A DNA stretch of 64,000 nucleotides from Thermoanaerobaculia bacterium (GCA_038250865.1 JBBSBW010000006.1:26424-90423); one strand, 5' to 3'. Counted from the stretch's first letter, positions 9,924 to 22,172 are shown. A program made the numbers and translations. The notes: generated from the sequence alone by a model not told the origin.

Positions 9924-11708
9924 ATGCCCGCTCTCGCCCGTCAACTCCGCTGGTACATCGCGATCCGCCTGGTGGCGGTCGGCAGCGTACTGCTGCTCTT
10001 TTTCCTGCTGCAACTGGTTGACACGCGGCAGCCGGCCGAGCTTTCCGAGCTGAGCACGCCGGCAGCGACGGCGGCGGTCGTCCATCCGCCGGTCGAACCG
10101 AGCCCCAACGTCCAGCCGCCGACACCGGCCGCCGACATCGGGTTTCCTTACGGCTTCCTGTATGTCATCGCGGCTCTCACCTTCGCCGCGACGCTCATCT
10201 ACCTGGCGCTCCTGCGTCTATTGCCCGGCTACTACCAGCTTCAGGCCTACATCCAATTTTTCGGCGACCTGCTGTTGATCACCGCGCTGGTCTATCAGTT
10301 CGGGGGTATTTCGAGCCCGTTCTCGATGCTCTACCTGATCGTCATCGCGGTCGCCGCGACGCTGCTGCGGCGGCGCGCCGGCCTCGCGGTCGCCACCGCC
10401 GCCTACGTGCTCTACGCGAGCTTGCTCCTGTCGCTCCATTCCCACTCGGTGCCGCTGCCGGCTTTCGCCGGAGACGAGGCGTCGACCTGGCGCCTGGCTT
10501 ACAACCTCGCGGTTCACCTGTTCGGCTTCTATGCCGTCGCGCTCCTCACCTCGTATCTCGCGCACAACATCGCCCGCGCCGAGCTGGAGCTGGAAGCGAA
10601 GAAGGAAGACCTGGCGGACCTCCAGGTGGTCCATCGCGACGTGATCGAGTCGATCAGCAGCGGCTTGGTCACCGCCGATCTGGACGGAGTGATCAAAAGC
10701 GTCAATCGGGCGGGCACCGAAATCCTCAGGAAAGGCGAAAGCGACCTGGTCGGCGCGCCGATCTGGAGTTCGGGATTGTTCTCCGCCGCCCGCTGGACCG
10801 AGCTGGCCGATGCGAGCGGCCAGAGCGGCAGAGTTCGTTCAGAGGTCGAGCTGACCTACGGCGGCACCGCGGGCTACGTCGGTTTTTCGATCTCGCACCT
10901 GGCCGATGCGGACGGCGTGCAGCGCGGCTATATCCTAATCTTCCAGGACCTCACCCGTTGGCGGCGCCTCCAGGAGGAGATGCAGGTCAAAGACCGGATG
11001 GCCGCGGTGGGCGAGCTGGCCGCCGGTTTGGCGCACGAGATCGGCAATCCGCTCGCGGCGATCTCGGGCTCGGTGCAGATGCTGTCGGCGAACCTGCCGA
11101 CCGAGTCCTCGCAGCGCCGCCTGCTCGACATCCTGCTCAAGGAGAGCCAGCGCCTCGATCGGACGATCAAGGGCTTCCTGCGCTTCGCCCGGCCGCGCGA
11201 GCTGTCGACCTCGGCGTTCGACATCGGGCATCTTCTGTCCGAGAATTTCGAGCTGCTCAGAAACAGCGGCGAGGTCTCCGAGCGCCATGCCTTAAGCCTC
11301 GACCTCGACCCGGCGAGCGTCACGCTGATGGCCGACGCCGACCAAGTGAGCCAGATCTTCTGGAACTTGGCGAGGAACGCTTTGCGCGCCATGCCCGAAG
11401 GGGGCGACCTACGCATCTCGGGCCGGTCGGGTCCCGAGGCCTATCGGCTGCGCTTCGCCGATACCGGCCGGGGCATGTCGCCCGAGCAGCGCGCGAATCT
11501 GTTCCATCCGTTCCGATCGTTTTTCGACGGCGGCACCGGGATCGGCATGGCGATCGTCTATCGGATCGTCCAGGAGCACGGCGGTCAGGTTTCGGTCGAA
11601 AGCCGCCTGGGCGAGGGGGCGACGATTACGGTCGAGCTGCCCCTTTCGCCCCCCATGCCGCCGCGACCGGCCACCGCGGAACTCGCCATCGTGGAGGCAG
11701 AACCATGA
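9924..11708 (+). CDS. pilS: Sensor histidine kinase (PilS-like) with membrane N-terminal domain, PAS, HisKA and HATPase domains
   Basis: Multiple TM helices, H-box LAHEIGNPLAAISGS, N/G1/G2 boxes (DTGRGM, GTGIGMAIV). Its stop overlaps the pilR start (ATGA). Confidence 0.8.
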   Translation: MPALARQLRWYIAIRLVAVGSVLLLFFLLQLVDTRQPAELSELSTPAATAAVVHPPVEPSPNVQPPTPAADIGFPYGFLYVIAALTFAATLIYLALLRLLPGYYQLQAYIQFFGDLLLITALVYQFGGISSPFSMLYLIVIAVAATLLRRRAGLAVATAAYVLYASLLLSLHSHSVPLPAFAGDEASTWRLAYNLAVHLFGFYAVALLTSYLAHNIARAELELEAKKEDLADLQVVHRDVIESISSGLVTADLDGVIKSVNRAGTEILRKGESDLVGAPIWSSGLFSAARWTELADASGQSGRVRSEVELTYGGTAGYVGFSISHLADADGVQRGYILIFQDLTRWRRLQEEMQVKDRMAAVGELAAGLAHEIGNPLAAISGSVQMLSANLPTESSQRRLLDILLKESQRLDRTIKGFLRFARPRELSTSAFDIGHLLSENFELLRNSGEVSERHALSLDLDPASVTLMADADQVSQIFWNLARNALRAMPEGGDLRISGRSGPEAYRLRFADTGRGMSPEQRANLFHPFRSFFDGGTGIGMAIVYRIVQEHGGQVSVESRLGEGATITVELPLSPPMPPRPATAELAIVEAEP

Positions 11709-13105
11709 GTTCGACCAGCGCACGTCTGTTGGTGGTGGACGACGAGCCGAGCATGCTCGACATGCTCACCCTGTTGTTCGCCGACGAGGGCTACGCGGTC
11801 GAGACCGCCCGCTCGACCGAAGAGGCCCGGCGGGTGCTCGCGCAAGGCGGGCTCGACCTGGTCCTCTGCGACATCATGATGCCGGACGGCAACGGCCTCG
11901 ATCTTTTGCGCGAGATCAAGACCTCGAACCCGGACGCCCCGGTCATCATGATGACCGCCTATACCTCCACCAAGTCGGCGATCGACGCGATGAAGCTCGG
12001 CGCCTACGACTACATCTCGAAACCGTTCGACGTCGACGAACTGAAGATCATCGTCCAGAAGGCGCTGGAGCGCGCCGAGCTGGTGGACGAAAACGTCTAC
12101 CTTCGAAAAGCGCTCGAACAGAAATACACCTTCAACAACATCATCGGGCGCAGTGCGCGCATGCAGGCGATTTTCTCGCTGATCGAGCGGATCGCGCGCA
12201 CCGCGTCGACCGTGCTGATCCAAGGGGAGAGCGGCACGGGCAAAGAGCTGATCGCCCGGGCGATCCAATACGCCAGCCCGCGCGCGGCGAATCGAATTCT
12301 GGCAATCAACTGCGGCGCGCTGCCGGAAAGCCTGCTCGAAAGCGAACTGTTCGGCCACGAGCGCGGGGCGTTTACCGGCGCGGTGCGCGAGAAGAAAGGC
12401 CTGTTCCAAGAGGCCAACAGGGGCACTCTCTTCCTCGACGAAATCGGCGAGATGTCGCTCACCATGCAGGTCAAGCTTCTACGCGCGCTCCAGGAACGGA
12501 AGATCCGCAAGGTCGGCGGCAACGCCGAGGAATCGGTCGACGTGCGGGTGATCGCGGCGACCAACCAGAACCTTGAGGAGCGGATCGCCAAAGGGGATTT
12601 CCGGGAGGACTTGTTCTATCGGATCAACGTCATCCCGATCCAACTTCCGCCGCTACGCCAGCGCCGGGAAGACATTCCCCTGCTGGTCGACTTCTTCCTC
12701 CACAAGTATTGCGAGGAGATGAACCTTTCGCCGCGCCAGATTTCGATCGACGCGATGCGCATGCTCGAAGGGTACGACTGGCCGGGCAACGTGCGGGAGC
12801 TGGAAAACATGATCGAGCGCACGCTCGCGCTCGCTCACTCCGAGATCATCACGACCAAGGACATGCCGGTGCAGCTTCTCACGCACCGCAAGAGCCTCGC
12901 CGAGATCGTCACCCTCCCCGAAGAGGGCCTCGACCTCGAGGCCTACCTCGAAGACATCCGCGCCCAGCTGATGGTCCAGGCGCTCGAACGGACCAGCGGC
13001 GTCCAAACCCAGGCCGCCGAGCTGCTCGGCATGAGCTTCCGCTCGTTCCGCTACTACGCGAAGAAAGCCGGCTTGAAAGGCGGCGCCGACGCGGACGACG
13101 AGTAG
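11705..13105 (+). CDS. pilR: Sigma-54-dependent response regulator (PilR/NtrC family)
   Basis: Receiver domain (LLVVDDEPSMLDML...CDIMMPDGNG), sigma54 AAA+ domain (GESGTGKELIARAI, GAFTGA, ESELFGHE), C-terminal Fis-type HTH. The track ORF at 10958 is an upstream read-through; the real start is the ATG at 11705. Confidence 0.9.
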   Translation: MSSTSARLLVVDDEPSMLDMLTLLFADEGYAVETARSTEEARRVLAQGGLDLVLCDIMMPDGNGLDLLREIKTSNPDAPVIMMTAYTSTKSAIDAMKLGAYDYISKPFDVDELKIIVQKALERAELVDENVYLRKALEQKYTFNNIIGRSARMQAIFSLIERIARTASTVLIQGESGTGKELIARAIQYASPRAANRILAINCGALPESLLESELFGHERGAFTGAVREKKGLFQEANRGTLFLDEIGEMSLTMQVKLLRALQERKIRKVGGNAEESVDVRVIAATNQNLEERIAKGDFREDLFYRINVIPIQLPPLRQRREDIPLLVDFFLHKYCEEMNLSPRQISIDAMRMLEGYDWPGNVRELENMIERTLALAHSEIITTKDMPVQLLTHRKSLAEIVTLPEEGLDLEAYLEDIRAQLMVQALERTSGVQTQAAELLGMSFRSFRYYAKKAGLKGGADADDE

Positions 13106-13111
13106 GGGCAG

Positions 13112-13143
13112 GGCATGCTGTCCGGCCTAGAGGACAGCATGCC
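13112..13143. terminator. Bidirectional stem-loop terminator between convergent pilR and the M16 peptidase
   Basis: Perfect 12-bp inverted repeat GGCATGCTGTCC...GGACAGCATGCC with an 8-nt loop. Confidence 0.45.
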
Positions 13144-13155
13144 TCGCCCTCGCCC

Positions 13156-14733
13156 CTATTTCTCGAACATCTGGTCCACAGGCACGATTTCGATCGCGGC
13201 GGGTTTGATCTTGGTGCGCTGGATCAGCTCGTCTTCGGCGAGCAGATCGGCCGAGACTTCCGTGCCGTATTTCTTGGGCACCGGCAGGTCGCGTTCGAGC
13301 GCCGCCTTGAGATCCGCCGCGTTGTTCGTCACCAGGACGATGCGTAGGTTGGCGGTTTGGAGGTATTTGCGGATCGCCCGGTTGACGTCGTCGACGGTGA
13401 TCTTCGCCAGCCGCTGCTCGATCTCGTCGATGAACGGCGACATGCCGTAGTAGCGGCTGTCGAGCGCGAAGCCCAACCGGTCGGAGAGCGTCTGGGTCCA
13501 GAGCTTCGTGTAGTTGGTGAGGAACGAGCGGGTGAGCTCGAAATCGGCCGGCGTCATGCCGTCCCGGATCAACTTGTCCAACTCATAGAGAGCGCCACGC
13601 AGAGCGAACTGCGCATCCCCGGCCTTGACCGGACGCACCCAGAGCGAAAAATACTGCTGGCGCCGGGGCGAACCCGGCGTCGGGGTGTTGGTAAACGGCG
13701 GAAACGGGTAGTACTCGACGTAGGCGTAATCGCCGTAGTTCAACCCCCGCTTTTCGCGCAGTTCCTCGTACAGCACGCCGTGGGAGGTGCGGTGCTCGCC
13801 CAAGAAGCTGGTGGCGACCAGCAGCGGGTAGTAGTCCGCGTCGGCTCGGGTGAGGGGGAGGGGAAAGCCGAAGTGGATGCCGACCGACTCGGTCGCCTTC
13901 TCGACCAGGGTGATGCGCCGGCCCGAAGGGAGTTGCGGAGCCGGCAGATCGCGGGCGACGGCAACCCCAAGCGGCAGCTTGGCGAGGCCGGTCTTCAACT
14001 GGGAAATCCAACCTTCGGGATACCCCCCGCCCACCCCAAGCAGGAGACGGCTGCGGGTGAAGCTCTCTCCGTAGAAACGCTTCACGTCGTCGAGCGTGAT
14101 GTTCTTCAAGCCCTGCACCGTACCCGCCTGAGCATGGGCGTACGGGTGGCCCGAAAAGATCGCGCCCTGCAGCGCTTCCAGGCCGAGCAGCTCGTCGTTG
14201 GCGGAGCGGAGCGAAGTCGTGAGGCTCGCCGATAGCTGATCCTTGTTGCGCTCGAAATCCGCCGCAGCAAATCCCGGTCGGGTCACCGCCTCGACCAGCA
14301 GGGCGGTGTACTCCGCGAGCTTGTCGCGATGCACCTGGCCGGTGATCGTCGTCACCTCGCGGTCGGTCGAGACGTCGACCGAGGCCGCCATCGGATAGAG
14401 CGCCTCGACCAAGTCGGCGTAACTCCGATCCGCCGTTCCCGCCTGGCCGATCATCAGCCCGGTGAGCGCCGCGAGCCCTTCTTTACCGGGTGGATCGTCC
14501 ATCGAGCCGACCCGGAACAGCAGGCGAACAGCGACCAGCGGCGAATTCGGGCTCGGCACGGCGATCGTCTCGATCTTCGGATCGACCGGCACGGCCTGCA
14601 CCGCCTTGGGAACCGGTTTGGCAACCGGCGGCTTCTTCTTCGAGGCGGCCTCAGCGGCCGAGCCGGCAAGCGCGAGGACGGCGAGGACGGCGAGGACGGC
14701 GAGGACACCCCAGGTGAGCTTGGTGGTCGTCAT
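13156..14733 (-). CDS. M16 family peptidase, non-catalytic (lacks HxxEH) partner subunit
   Basis: The start is reassigned to MTTTKLTWG with a GGAGG RBS. Signal peptide, M16 fold motifs (GxxHxxEH absent, LxxxxxR/Y present). Start lies 1 nt after the stop of the upstream catalytic M16. Confidence 0.75.
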   Translation of the reverse strand: MTTTKLTWGVLAVLAVLAVLALAGSAAEAASKKKPPVAKPVPKAVQAVPVDPKIETIAVPSPNSPLVAVRLLFRVGSMDDPPGKEGLAALTGLMIGQAGTADRSYADLVEALYPMAASVDVSTDREVTTITGQVHRDKLAEYTALLVEAVTRPGFAAADFERNKDQLSASLTTSLRSANDELLGLEALQGAIFSGHPYAHAQAGTVQGLKNITLDDVKRFYGESFTRSRLLLGVGGGYPEGWISQLKTGLAKLPLGVAVARDLPAPQLPSGRRITLVEKATESVGIHFGFPLPLTRADADYYPLLVATSFLGEHRTSHGVLYEELREKRGLNYGDYAYVEYYPFPPFTNTPTPGSPRRQQYFSLWVRPVKAGDAQFALRGALYELDKLIRDGMTPADFELTRSFLTNYTKLWTQTLSDRLGFALDSRYYGMSPFIDEIEQRLAKITVDDVNRAIRKYLQTANLRIVLVTNNAADLKAALERDLPVPKKYGTEVSADLLAEDELIQRTKIKPAAIEIVPVDQMFEK

Positions 14734-14735
14734 GT

Positions 14736-16145
<1,410 letters not shown>

Positions 16146-16223
16146 GATCGCGATCTCCTTTTCTGCAAACGCTCGGCGCTCGGGACTACCACCCGGAGCG
16201 CCACGTATCCTAATCTACGGGGA

Positions 16224-17618
16224 ATGAAGAGGTCTGTTCCCGTCGCCGCCCCTCTGGTTCTCCTCTTGCTGCTCACGGCGCTCTGCGCTCTCGTCGCCCT
16301 GCGGTCGAACCCTCGGCAGGCGACTTCCGCCGTCCCCCAGACTGCCCCCACCGCCCCGCCAACCGCCGGCGCCGCCTCTCGCGCGGAGAGTCTCGCCGCC
16401 CGGCGCACTCCGGTCGTCGCGGTGGTCGAAAAGGTCGCTCCGGCGGTGGTCAACATCTCGGCCGAGTCGATCGTCCGTGAGGTCGATCCGTTCTTCGGCC
16501 AGTTTTTCGGCTCGCGCAGCCGGCGCTCGCAATCGCTTGGCTCCGGATTCGTGATCGACTCGACCGGCATCGTGGTGACCAACGCCCACGTGGTCGAAGG
16601 GGCGTCGAAGATCGTCGTCACCCTGCTCGACGGCCGGGAGCTGGACGCCGACGTGCTCGGTTTCGACCACGACGCGGACCTCGCGGTACTCAACATCCGC
16701 AACGTCAAAGGGCTCCCCGCGGTGCCACTCGGCACCAGCGGCGATCTGATGATCGGCGAGAGCGTGGTCGCGATCGGCAACCCGTTCGGGCTCTCGAACT
16801 CGGTGACCGCGGGTGTTCTTTCGGCGCGCGGCCGGTCGGTTCCGTCGGAAACCGGCGAGCGAAATTTCACCGATTTCCTCCAGACCGACGCCTCGATCAA
16901 CCCGGGCAATTCCGGCGGTCCCCTGGTCAACATCCTGGGCGAGGTGATCGGTATCAACACCGCGATCGTTTCAGGGGCCAACAGCGTCGGTTTCGCGATT
17001 CCCGCCGACCGGGCGCGCCGGATCATCGACGATCTCCTCCGCTTCGGCGAGCTGCGGCCGCTCTGGACCGGACTGCGGCTGCTCACGGTGGATGCCGAGC
17101 TGGCCCGGCGCTACGACCTGGAAGCCTCCCGCGGCGCCCTGGTCTACAAGGTCTATCCCGGATCGCCCGCGGCCCAGGCCGGCCTCGCCGAAGGTGACCT
17201 GGTGACGGCGGCCGGAGGGCGACCGGTGGCAGCCCGCGAAGACGTGACCACCGAGCTCTATACGCTCCCCGCCGGGAGCGGCCTGGCCCTCGACCTGCGC
17301 CGCGCGGGCAAACCGATCAAGGCGACGCTCGCGCCGGCCGCTCCGCCGCGCGGCCTCGGCCTGCGCATCCTCGAAGATCAGATCGGCTTGTCGGTCGAGA
17401 CCGATCGCGGTTCGATCCTGGTTCAAAAGGTGGCCGGCAACAGCGCCGCGGAGCGCGCCGGCCTGCGCGCCGGGGACGGCATCCTCGGCGCCAACGGCCG
17501 GGAGCTCAAGGATCTCGACAACCTGGGCGAAGAGGTGCTCCGCGGCTTCGACCGGGGCGGGCTGCCGCTGGTGGTCCAGCGCGGCCGGTATTCGTACAAC
17601 CTGGAGTTCCCGTTCTAG
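16224..17618 (+). CDS. HtrA/DegP-family serine protease with two PDZ domains
   Basis: The start is reassigned to MKRSVPVAAPLVLL (signal/anchor). Trypsin-like motifs TNAHV, D...L, GNSGGPL; two PDZ-like regions in the C-terminal part. Confidence 0.85.
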   Translation: MKRSVPVAAPLVLLLLLTALCALVALRSNPRQATSAVPQTAPTAPPTAGAASRAESLAARRTPVVAVVEKVAPAVVNISAESIVREVDPFFGQFFGSRSRRSQSLGSGFVIDSTGIVVTNAHVVEGASKIVVTLLDGRELDADVLGFDHDADLAVLNIRNVKGLPAVPLGTSGDLMIGESVVAIGNPFGLSNSVTAGVLSARGRSVPSETGERNFTDFLQTDASINPGNSGGPLVNILGEVIGINTAIVSGANSVGFAIPADRARRIIDDLLRFGELRPLWTGLRLLTVDAELARRYDLEASRGALVYKVYPGSPAAQAGLAEGDLVTAAGGRPVAAREDVTTELYTLPAGSGLALDLRRAGKPIKATLAPAAPPRGLGLRILEDQIGLSVETDRGSILVQKVAGNSAAERAGLRAGDGILGANGRELKDLDNLGEEVLRGFDRGGLPLVVQRGRYSYNLEFPF

Positions 17619-17637
17619 CGCAGCGGCGGAGGGCTCG

Positions 17638-18690
17638 ATGATCAAGGGTCTAGGCCGCTGGACGCTGGGCGCGGGAGTGCTCCTGCTCGCCGCCGGCATT
17701 GGCTTCGGCCTGCTACGGGAAAGCCGGCTGCAAACCCAGTTTCAGGGAGGGGTCGGCCGGCTCCAGGCCGACGCGCAAGACCTCTGGTCGAAGCCGCTGT
17801 TCGACCTCGGGAGCTTACCCGTCTCGCCCGCCTTCTTGCTCAAGGCGGCGATCTTCCTGATCCTTCTGAACCTGTTCGCCCGCGCCAGCCGGAAGTTTCT
17901 CCAGAAGCGCATCCTCTCGCGCACTTCGATCGACGAGGGGCAGAAATACGCGATCTCCCGCGGCGTCGGTTACGCGGTGTTCCTGGGCGGGCTGTTCGTT
18001 GGTCTCCAAGCCGCGGGGATCGATCTTTCGAGCTTCGCGATCGTCGGCGGCGCGATCGGGTTCGGCATCGGTTTTGGTCTCCAGTCGTTGGCCAAGGATT
18101 TCGTCTCGGGCCTGATCCTGCTGATCGAGCGCGGAGTGAAGGTGGGAGACCGGATCGAAGTCTCGAACCTGCTCGGCGACGTCAAGCAGATCGGCGCGCG
18201 CACCACCCGAGTGCAAACCAACGACAACGTGGTGATTCTGGTGCCGAATTCGGAGCTGACCGCCCGGGTGACGAACTGGACCGCCCACGGCCGGCTCGCC
18301 CGCTTTTCGCTCGACATCGGGGTGGCCTATACGAGCGATCCCGAAGGGGTGCGGGACGCGCTGATCGAAGTGGCCCAGGCCAATGAAGGCGTGCTCAAGG
18401 AGCCGGCGCCGGACGTGATCTTCATCGGCTTCGGCGACAGCGCGCTCAATTTTCAGCTCAGAGTCTGGACTTCGCGCCACCTGCGCACCCCGCAGACGCT
18501 CAAAAGCGAGCTTTATTTCGCGATCTTCCGCCGCTTCCGCGAAGACGGGATCGAGATCCCCTTCCCGCAACACGAGGTGCGGGTGATCCAGCCGAACGGC
18601 GTCGCCTCGGTCCTCTCTCTCGCCTCGGGCGCCGCTCCTCCCCCGGCGGCGCAACCGCCTCTCTCGCCGCAACCCTCCGAGACCCCATGA
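17638..18690 (+). CDS. Mechanosensitive ion channel (MscS family)
   Basis: Three TM helices, then the conserved MscS beta-domain (GDRIEVSNLLGDVKQIGARTTRVQTNDNVVILVPNSEL). Confidence 0.85.
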   Translation: MIKGLGRWTLGAGVLLLAAGIGFGLLRESRLQTQFQGGVGRLQADAQDLWSKPLFDLGSLPVSPAFLLKAAIFLILLNLFARASRKFLQKRILSRTSIDEGQKYAISRGVGYAVFLGGLFVGLQAAGIDLSSFAIVGGAIGFGIGFGLQSLAKDFVSGLILLIERGVKVGDRIEVSNLLGDVKQIGARTTRVQTNDNVVILVPNSELTARVTNWTAHGRLARFSLDIGVAYTSDPEGVRDALIEVAQANEGVLKEPAPDVIFIGFGDSALNFQLRVWTSRHLRTPQTLKSELYFAIFRRFREDGIEIPFPQHEVRVIQPNGVASVLSLASGAAPPPAAQPPLSPQPSETP

Positions 18691-19298
18691 CCCACCGCAT
18701 CGCCCTGTTGGTCTCCGGCGCGTCCGGCATGCTGCTGCCGCGCCACGTGCTCGGCAGGCTCGCCGAACATCCAGGAATCGAGCGGATACACCTCGCGGTC
18801 TCCGCCGGAGCGAGCCAGGTGCTGCGCCACGAGCTGGGGCCGGAAAAAACGGGCGCGGCCGACCTGCTGGAGGCGGCCCATCTTCCCGAGGAGCTGCGGG
18901 CTAAAATCCGCATCCACCGCGACAACGAGCTCGACGCGCCGATCGCCTCCGGCTCCTATCGCCTGACCGGCGCGGTCGTCCTACCGTGCAGCGCGGGAAC
19001 CCTCGGCGCTCTAGCAACCGGTTCGGCCCGCACGCTGGTCCACCGCGCGGGAGCCGTGGCGCTTAAAGAACGCTGGCCGCTAATCCTCGGCTTCCGCGAA
19101 ACCCCCTACAGCCTGGTCCACCTCGAAAACATGCGCCGCCTGCTGATCGCGGGAGCGACGATCCTGCCGCCGGTCCCGGCGTTCTACATCGGAGGGGAGG
19201 ACCTGCCGCGCTTCCTCGACCATTACGCGCTGCGCATTCTCGACAAGCTCGGGATCGACGCCGAGGGCGCAGGGCTGCGCTGGGGAAGCGAGCCGTGA
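18687..19298 (+). CDS. ubiX: Flavin prenyltransferase UbiX
   Basis: Flavoprotein fold RIALLVSGASG...VLPCSAGTLGALA...ILPPVPAFY; ATGA overlap with the upstream gene. Confidence 0.8.
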   Translation: MTHRIALLVSGASGMLLPRHVLGRLAEHPGIERIHLAVSAGASQVLRHELGPEKTGAADLLEAAHLPEELRAKIRIHRDNELDAPIASGSYRLTGAVVLPCSAGTLGALATGSARTLVHRAGAVALKERWPLILGFRETPYSLVHLENMRRLLIAGATILPPVPAFYIGGEDLPRFLDHYALRILDKLGIDAEGAGLRWGSEP

Positions 19299-19434
19299 GG
19301 TAACCCGAGGTACACCCTTCGGCGCACGACCGGCACCCTGGATTGACCGGCGCGCCACCCTGCCGTCCCAGCCCCCTTCTACGCTGAATCGCGGTGCGCA
19401 TTCGGGCGCGCCGGTTCCCGTAGGAAGGATAACC

Positions 19435-21048
19435 ATGACATCGAAAACCCTTGTGACGAGGGCGGCTCTCGCGGTGGTTCTCGCCACAGTGGCGAGCGGC
19501 GCTTCCGCTCGCGACCTCAACAACGACGGCGTCGGTTCGGCCAATCAACGTTTCCCCGGTGTAACCCAGGCCACGCGGACGGCGCGTGGCTTTACGCTCG
19601 CCTTCCGGGCGCGGGGCATCGCGAAGGTCGAGAATCCCTCGGGCTTGATCACCCATTTCGGCTATCTGAGCGACGGTGCGACGCAGCCGGTCGAAGCGAC
19701 GAAGACGGAGCCCGACGAGAACACGTACCTCGTCCTCGACCACAACCCTGGCGGCCCGACCGCGGGGTTTGAATACGGCCGCCACTTCCTTTTCCAGGGG
19801 CACGAGAATGGCGGCGACCTTTCGTATGTCACGCGGATCAACTTGGACGTGGCCGATGCCGCGCACCGGATCACGCTGCTCACGCCGACCGGCGCCGACG
19901 GCAAAACCCACTTCAACCGGATCGACGGCTCGGTCTGGAATCCGTTCACCGGCACTCTCCTCTTCGCGCAGGAGAACGGCAACACCGGGGGCGTATTCGA
20001 GATCCCCGTCGAGTTCGGCACCTCGGAACCGCGGACGCTCTACGGCAGCCTCGGCCGCGGCGGCTATGAGGGAATCCACCCCGATGACCAGGGGCGAATC
20101 TACCTGGCCGAGGATGTTGGTGGCAGCAAGGTGCGCGTCGACCCGAACGACCCAACGAGCGTCTCAGCGGCTCGTGTTCCCAACTCTTACATCTATCGCT
20201 TCGTACCGGTCTCGCCAAGCGACCTCTCGGCCGGCAAGCTCCAGGCGCTCCAGGTGCTGATCGACGGCGTACCCGTCACCTACGTGCCGATCGACGCCAC
20301 GCACCCCAACGGCGACGCCTTCTCGACCAACCAGAAGAAAATCTACACGCCCGGACTTTCGTCCCCGGTCCGATGGGTGACGGTCCACGACACGGCGGTC
20401 GACGGCACCGCCGATTTCGACGCCAATGCGCTCGCGCGGGCGGCCGGCGCCACGCCGTTCAAGCGGCCGGAGAATGTAGCTTTCGTGCCGAACACGGGTT
20501 TCCACTCGTTCGTCTTCGCGCCGACCGGCGACACGGACGTGAATTCGGGCAACCGGGCGGCGCTCGCCGCGCGCGGCGCCTGGGGTGCGATCCTGCGCGT
20601 CGACCTCGACGGCGGCGGCGACACGGGGACGATCGAGACGCTCTACCTCGGCGATCCCGAGCACGCGGCGTTCGACAACCTGACGTTTGCGAGCGAAAAG
20701 ATCCTGCTGGTGGGCGAGGACCGAGGGGACGGCCTGCACAAGCAGCTCAACCGCCTCGACTCGGTCTGGGCGATCGACATCTCCGAGAGCGCCGCCGCGC
20801 CGGTTCGACTGCTGGCCCTTGGGCGCGATCCCTCGTCCACTCACGACGCGGCGCTGCTCGACGCGGCGACTCCCGGCTACCAGAACGATGGCGACAACGA
20901 GCCGACCGGTATTCTCGTTTCCGACGGCGACCCAAGCGTCGACGGCTTGCTGGGCCACCGGCCGCCGGTCAACGCCCGGTGGTTCTTCACTCAGCAGCAC
21001 GGCCGCAATTTCATCTACGAATTCCTAGGCGACCTGAACGTCCAGTAG
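19435..21048 (+). CDS. Secreted beta-propeller-like protein of unknown function (possibly PhoX/DUF839-like phosphatase)
   Basis: AGGAAGGA RBS and Sec signal peptide. Repeated hydrophobic-Asp/Gly-rich blade-like segments. The family assignment is from memory and needs a profile search. Confidence 0.5.
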   Translation: MTSKTLVTRAALAVVLATVASGASARDLNNDGVGSANQRFPGVTQATRTARGFTLAFRARGIAKVENPSGLITHFGYLSDGATQPVEATKTEPDENTYLVLDHNPGGPTAGFEYGRHFLFQGHENGGDLSYVTRINLDVADAAHRITLLTPTGADGKTHFNRIDGSVWNPFTGTLLFAQENGNTGGVFEIPVEFGTSEPRTLYGSLGRGGYEGIHPDDQGRIYLAEDVGGSKVRVDPNDPTSVSAARVPNSYIYRFVPVSPSDLSAGKLQALQVLIDGVPVTYVPIDATHPNGDAFSTNQKKIYTPGLSSPVRWVTVHDTAVDGTADFDANALARAAGATPFKRPENVAFVPNTGFHSFVFAPTGDTDVNSGNRAALAARGAWGAILRVDLDGGGDTGTIETLYLGDPEHAAFDNLTFASEKILLVGEDRGDGLHKQLNRLDSVWAIDISESAAAPVRLLALGRDPSSTHDAALLDAATPGYQNDGDNEPTGILVSDGDPSVDGLLGHRPPVNARWFFTQQHGRNFIYEFLGDLNVQ

Positions 21049-21191
21049 GCCCAAGGCTTCAACCCCCGAGGCCGGCGGCCTAGACACGGCTGCCGGACTC
21101 GAGGGGGTGCAAAGACCCTCCGCGATTCGCTTTCTCGATAAGCTCGACCCCGGCGCCGAAGACGAGACACCGCGCCCAGGGGAGCGAACCC

Positions 21192-22172
21192 ATGAAGATC
21201 GTCCTGCCGGGAGGCTCCGGCCAAGTGGGAACCCTGGTCGCGCGGGCGTTCTCCGCCAAGGGGCACGAAGTGGTGGTCTTCGGCCGAAACCCTGGAGCGC
21301 GCGGGAAATCGCCCGCCGCGCCCTGGCGCACGATCGCCTGGGACGGCCGCACGCTCGGCCCCTGGACCAAGGAGATCGATGGCGCGGATGTCGTGCTGAA
21401 TCTCGCGGGACGGAGCGTCGACTGCCGCTACACCGCGGAGAACCGCCGACGGATCGTGCTCTCGCGCGTCGATTCGACGAGGGCGGTCGGCGAAGCGATC
21501 GCCCTGGCGGAGCGGCCGCCCCGCGTCTGGCTGCAGATGAGCACGGCGACGATCTACGCCCACCGCTACGACGCACAGAACGACGAGGCGACCGGCATCC
21601 TCGGCGGCAACGAGCCCGGAGTCCCGGACACCTGGCGCTTCAGTATCGAGGTCGCCAAAGCCTGGGAAGCGACCCTCGCCGAGGCCAAAACGCCGCAAAC
21701 CCGCAAGGTCGCCCTCCGCTCCGCCATGGTGATGAGCCCCGATCGAGGAGGCATCTTCGATGTGCTTCTCGGCCTCGTCCGCCGCGGTCTCGGCGGAGCC
21801 TCAGGGGACGGCCGCCAGTACGTCTCCTGGATCCACGGCGACGATCTCCTCGCTGCGCTCCGCTTCCTCCTCGATCACGAGGAAATCGACGGAGCCGTCA
21901 ATCTCTCCTCGCCGAACCCGCTCCCCAATGCCGATTTCATGCGCGCCCTCCGCCAGGTCTGGGGAACCCGCATCGGCCTTCCCGCCAACCGCTGGATGTT
22001 GGAAATCGGAGCGCTCTTCCTGCGCACGGAAACCGAGCTGATTTTGAAGAGCCGGAGGGTGGTGCCAGGGAGACTGCTGGAGGCGGGGTTTGCGTTTCAG
22101 TTTCCGGAGTGGGCGACGGCGGCGGGAGACCTGTGCCAACACTGGCGCGAAGGCGGCGACGCGCGGCCCTGA
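21192..22172 (+). CDS. TIGR01777/YfcH-family NAD-dependent epimerase/dehydratase-like protein (SDR39U1) with DUF1731 C-terminus
   Basis: Rossmann motif MKIVLPGGSGQVGTLV, atypical SDR family length of about 300 aa. Confidence 0.75.
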   Translation: MKIVLPGGSGQVGTLVARAFSAKGHEVVVFGRNPGARGKSPAAPWRTIAWDGRTLGPWTKEIDGADVVLNLAGRSVDCRYTAENRRRIVLSRVDSTRAVGEAIALAERPPRVWLQMSTATIYAHRYDAQNDEATGILGGNEPGVPDTWRFSIEVAKAWEATLAEAKTPQTRKVALRSAMVMSPDRGGIFDVLLGLVRRGLGGASGDGRQYVSWIHGDDLLAALRFLLDHEEIDGAVNLSSPNPLPNADFMRALRQVWGTRIGLPANRWMLEIGALFLRTETELILKSRRVVPGRLLEAGFAFQFPEWATAAGDLCQHWREGGDARP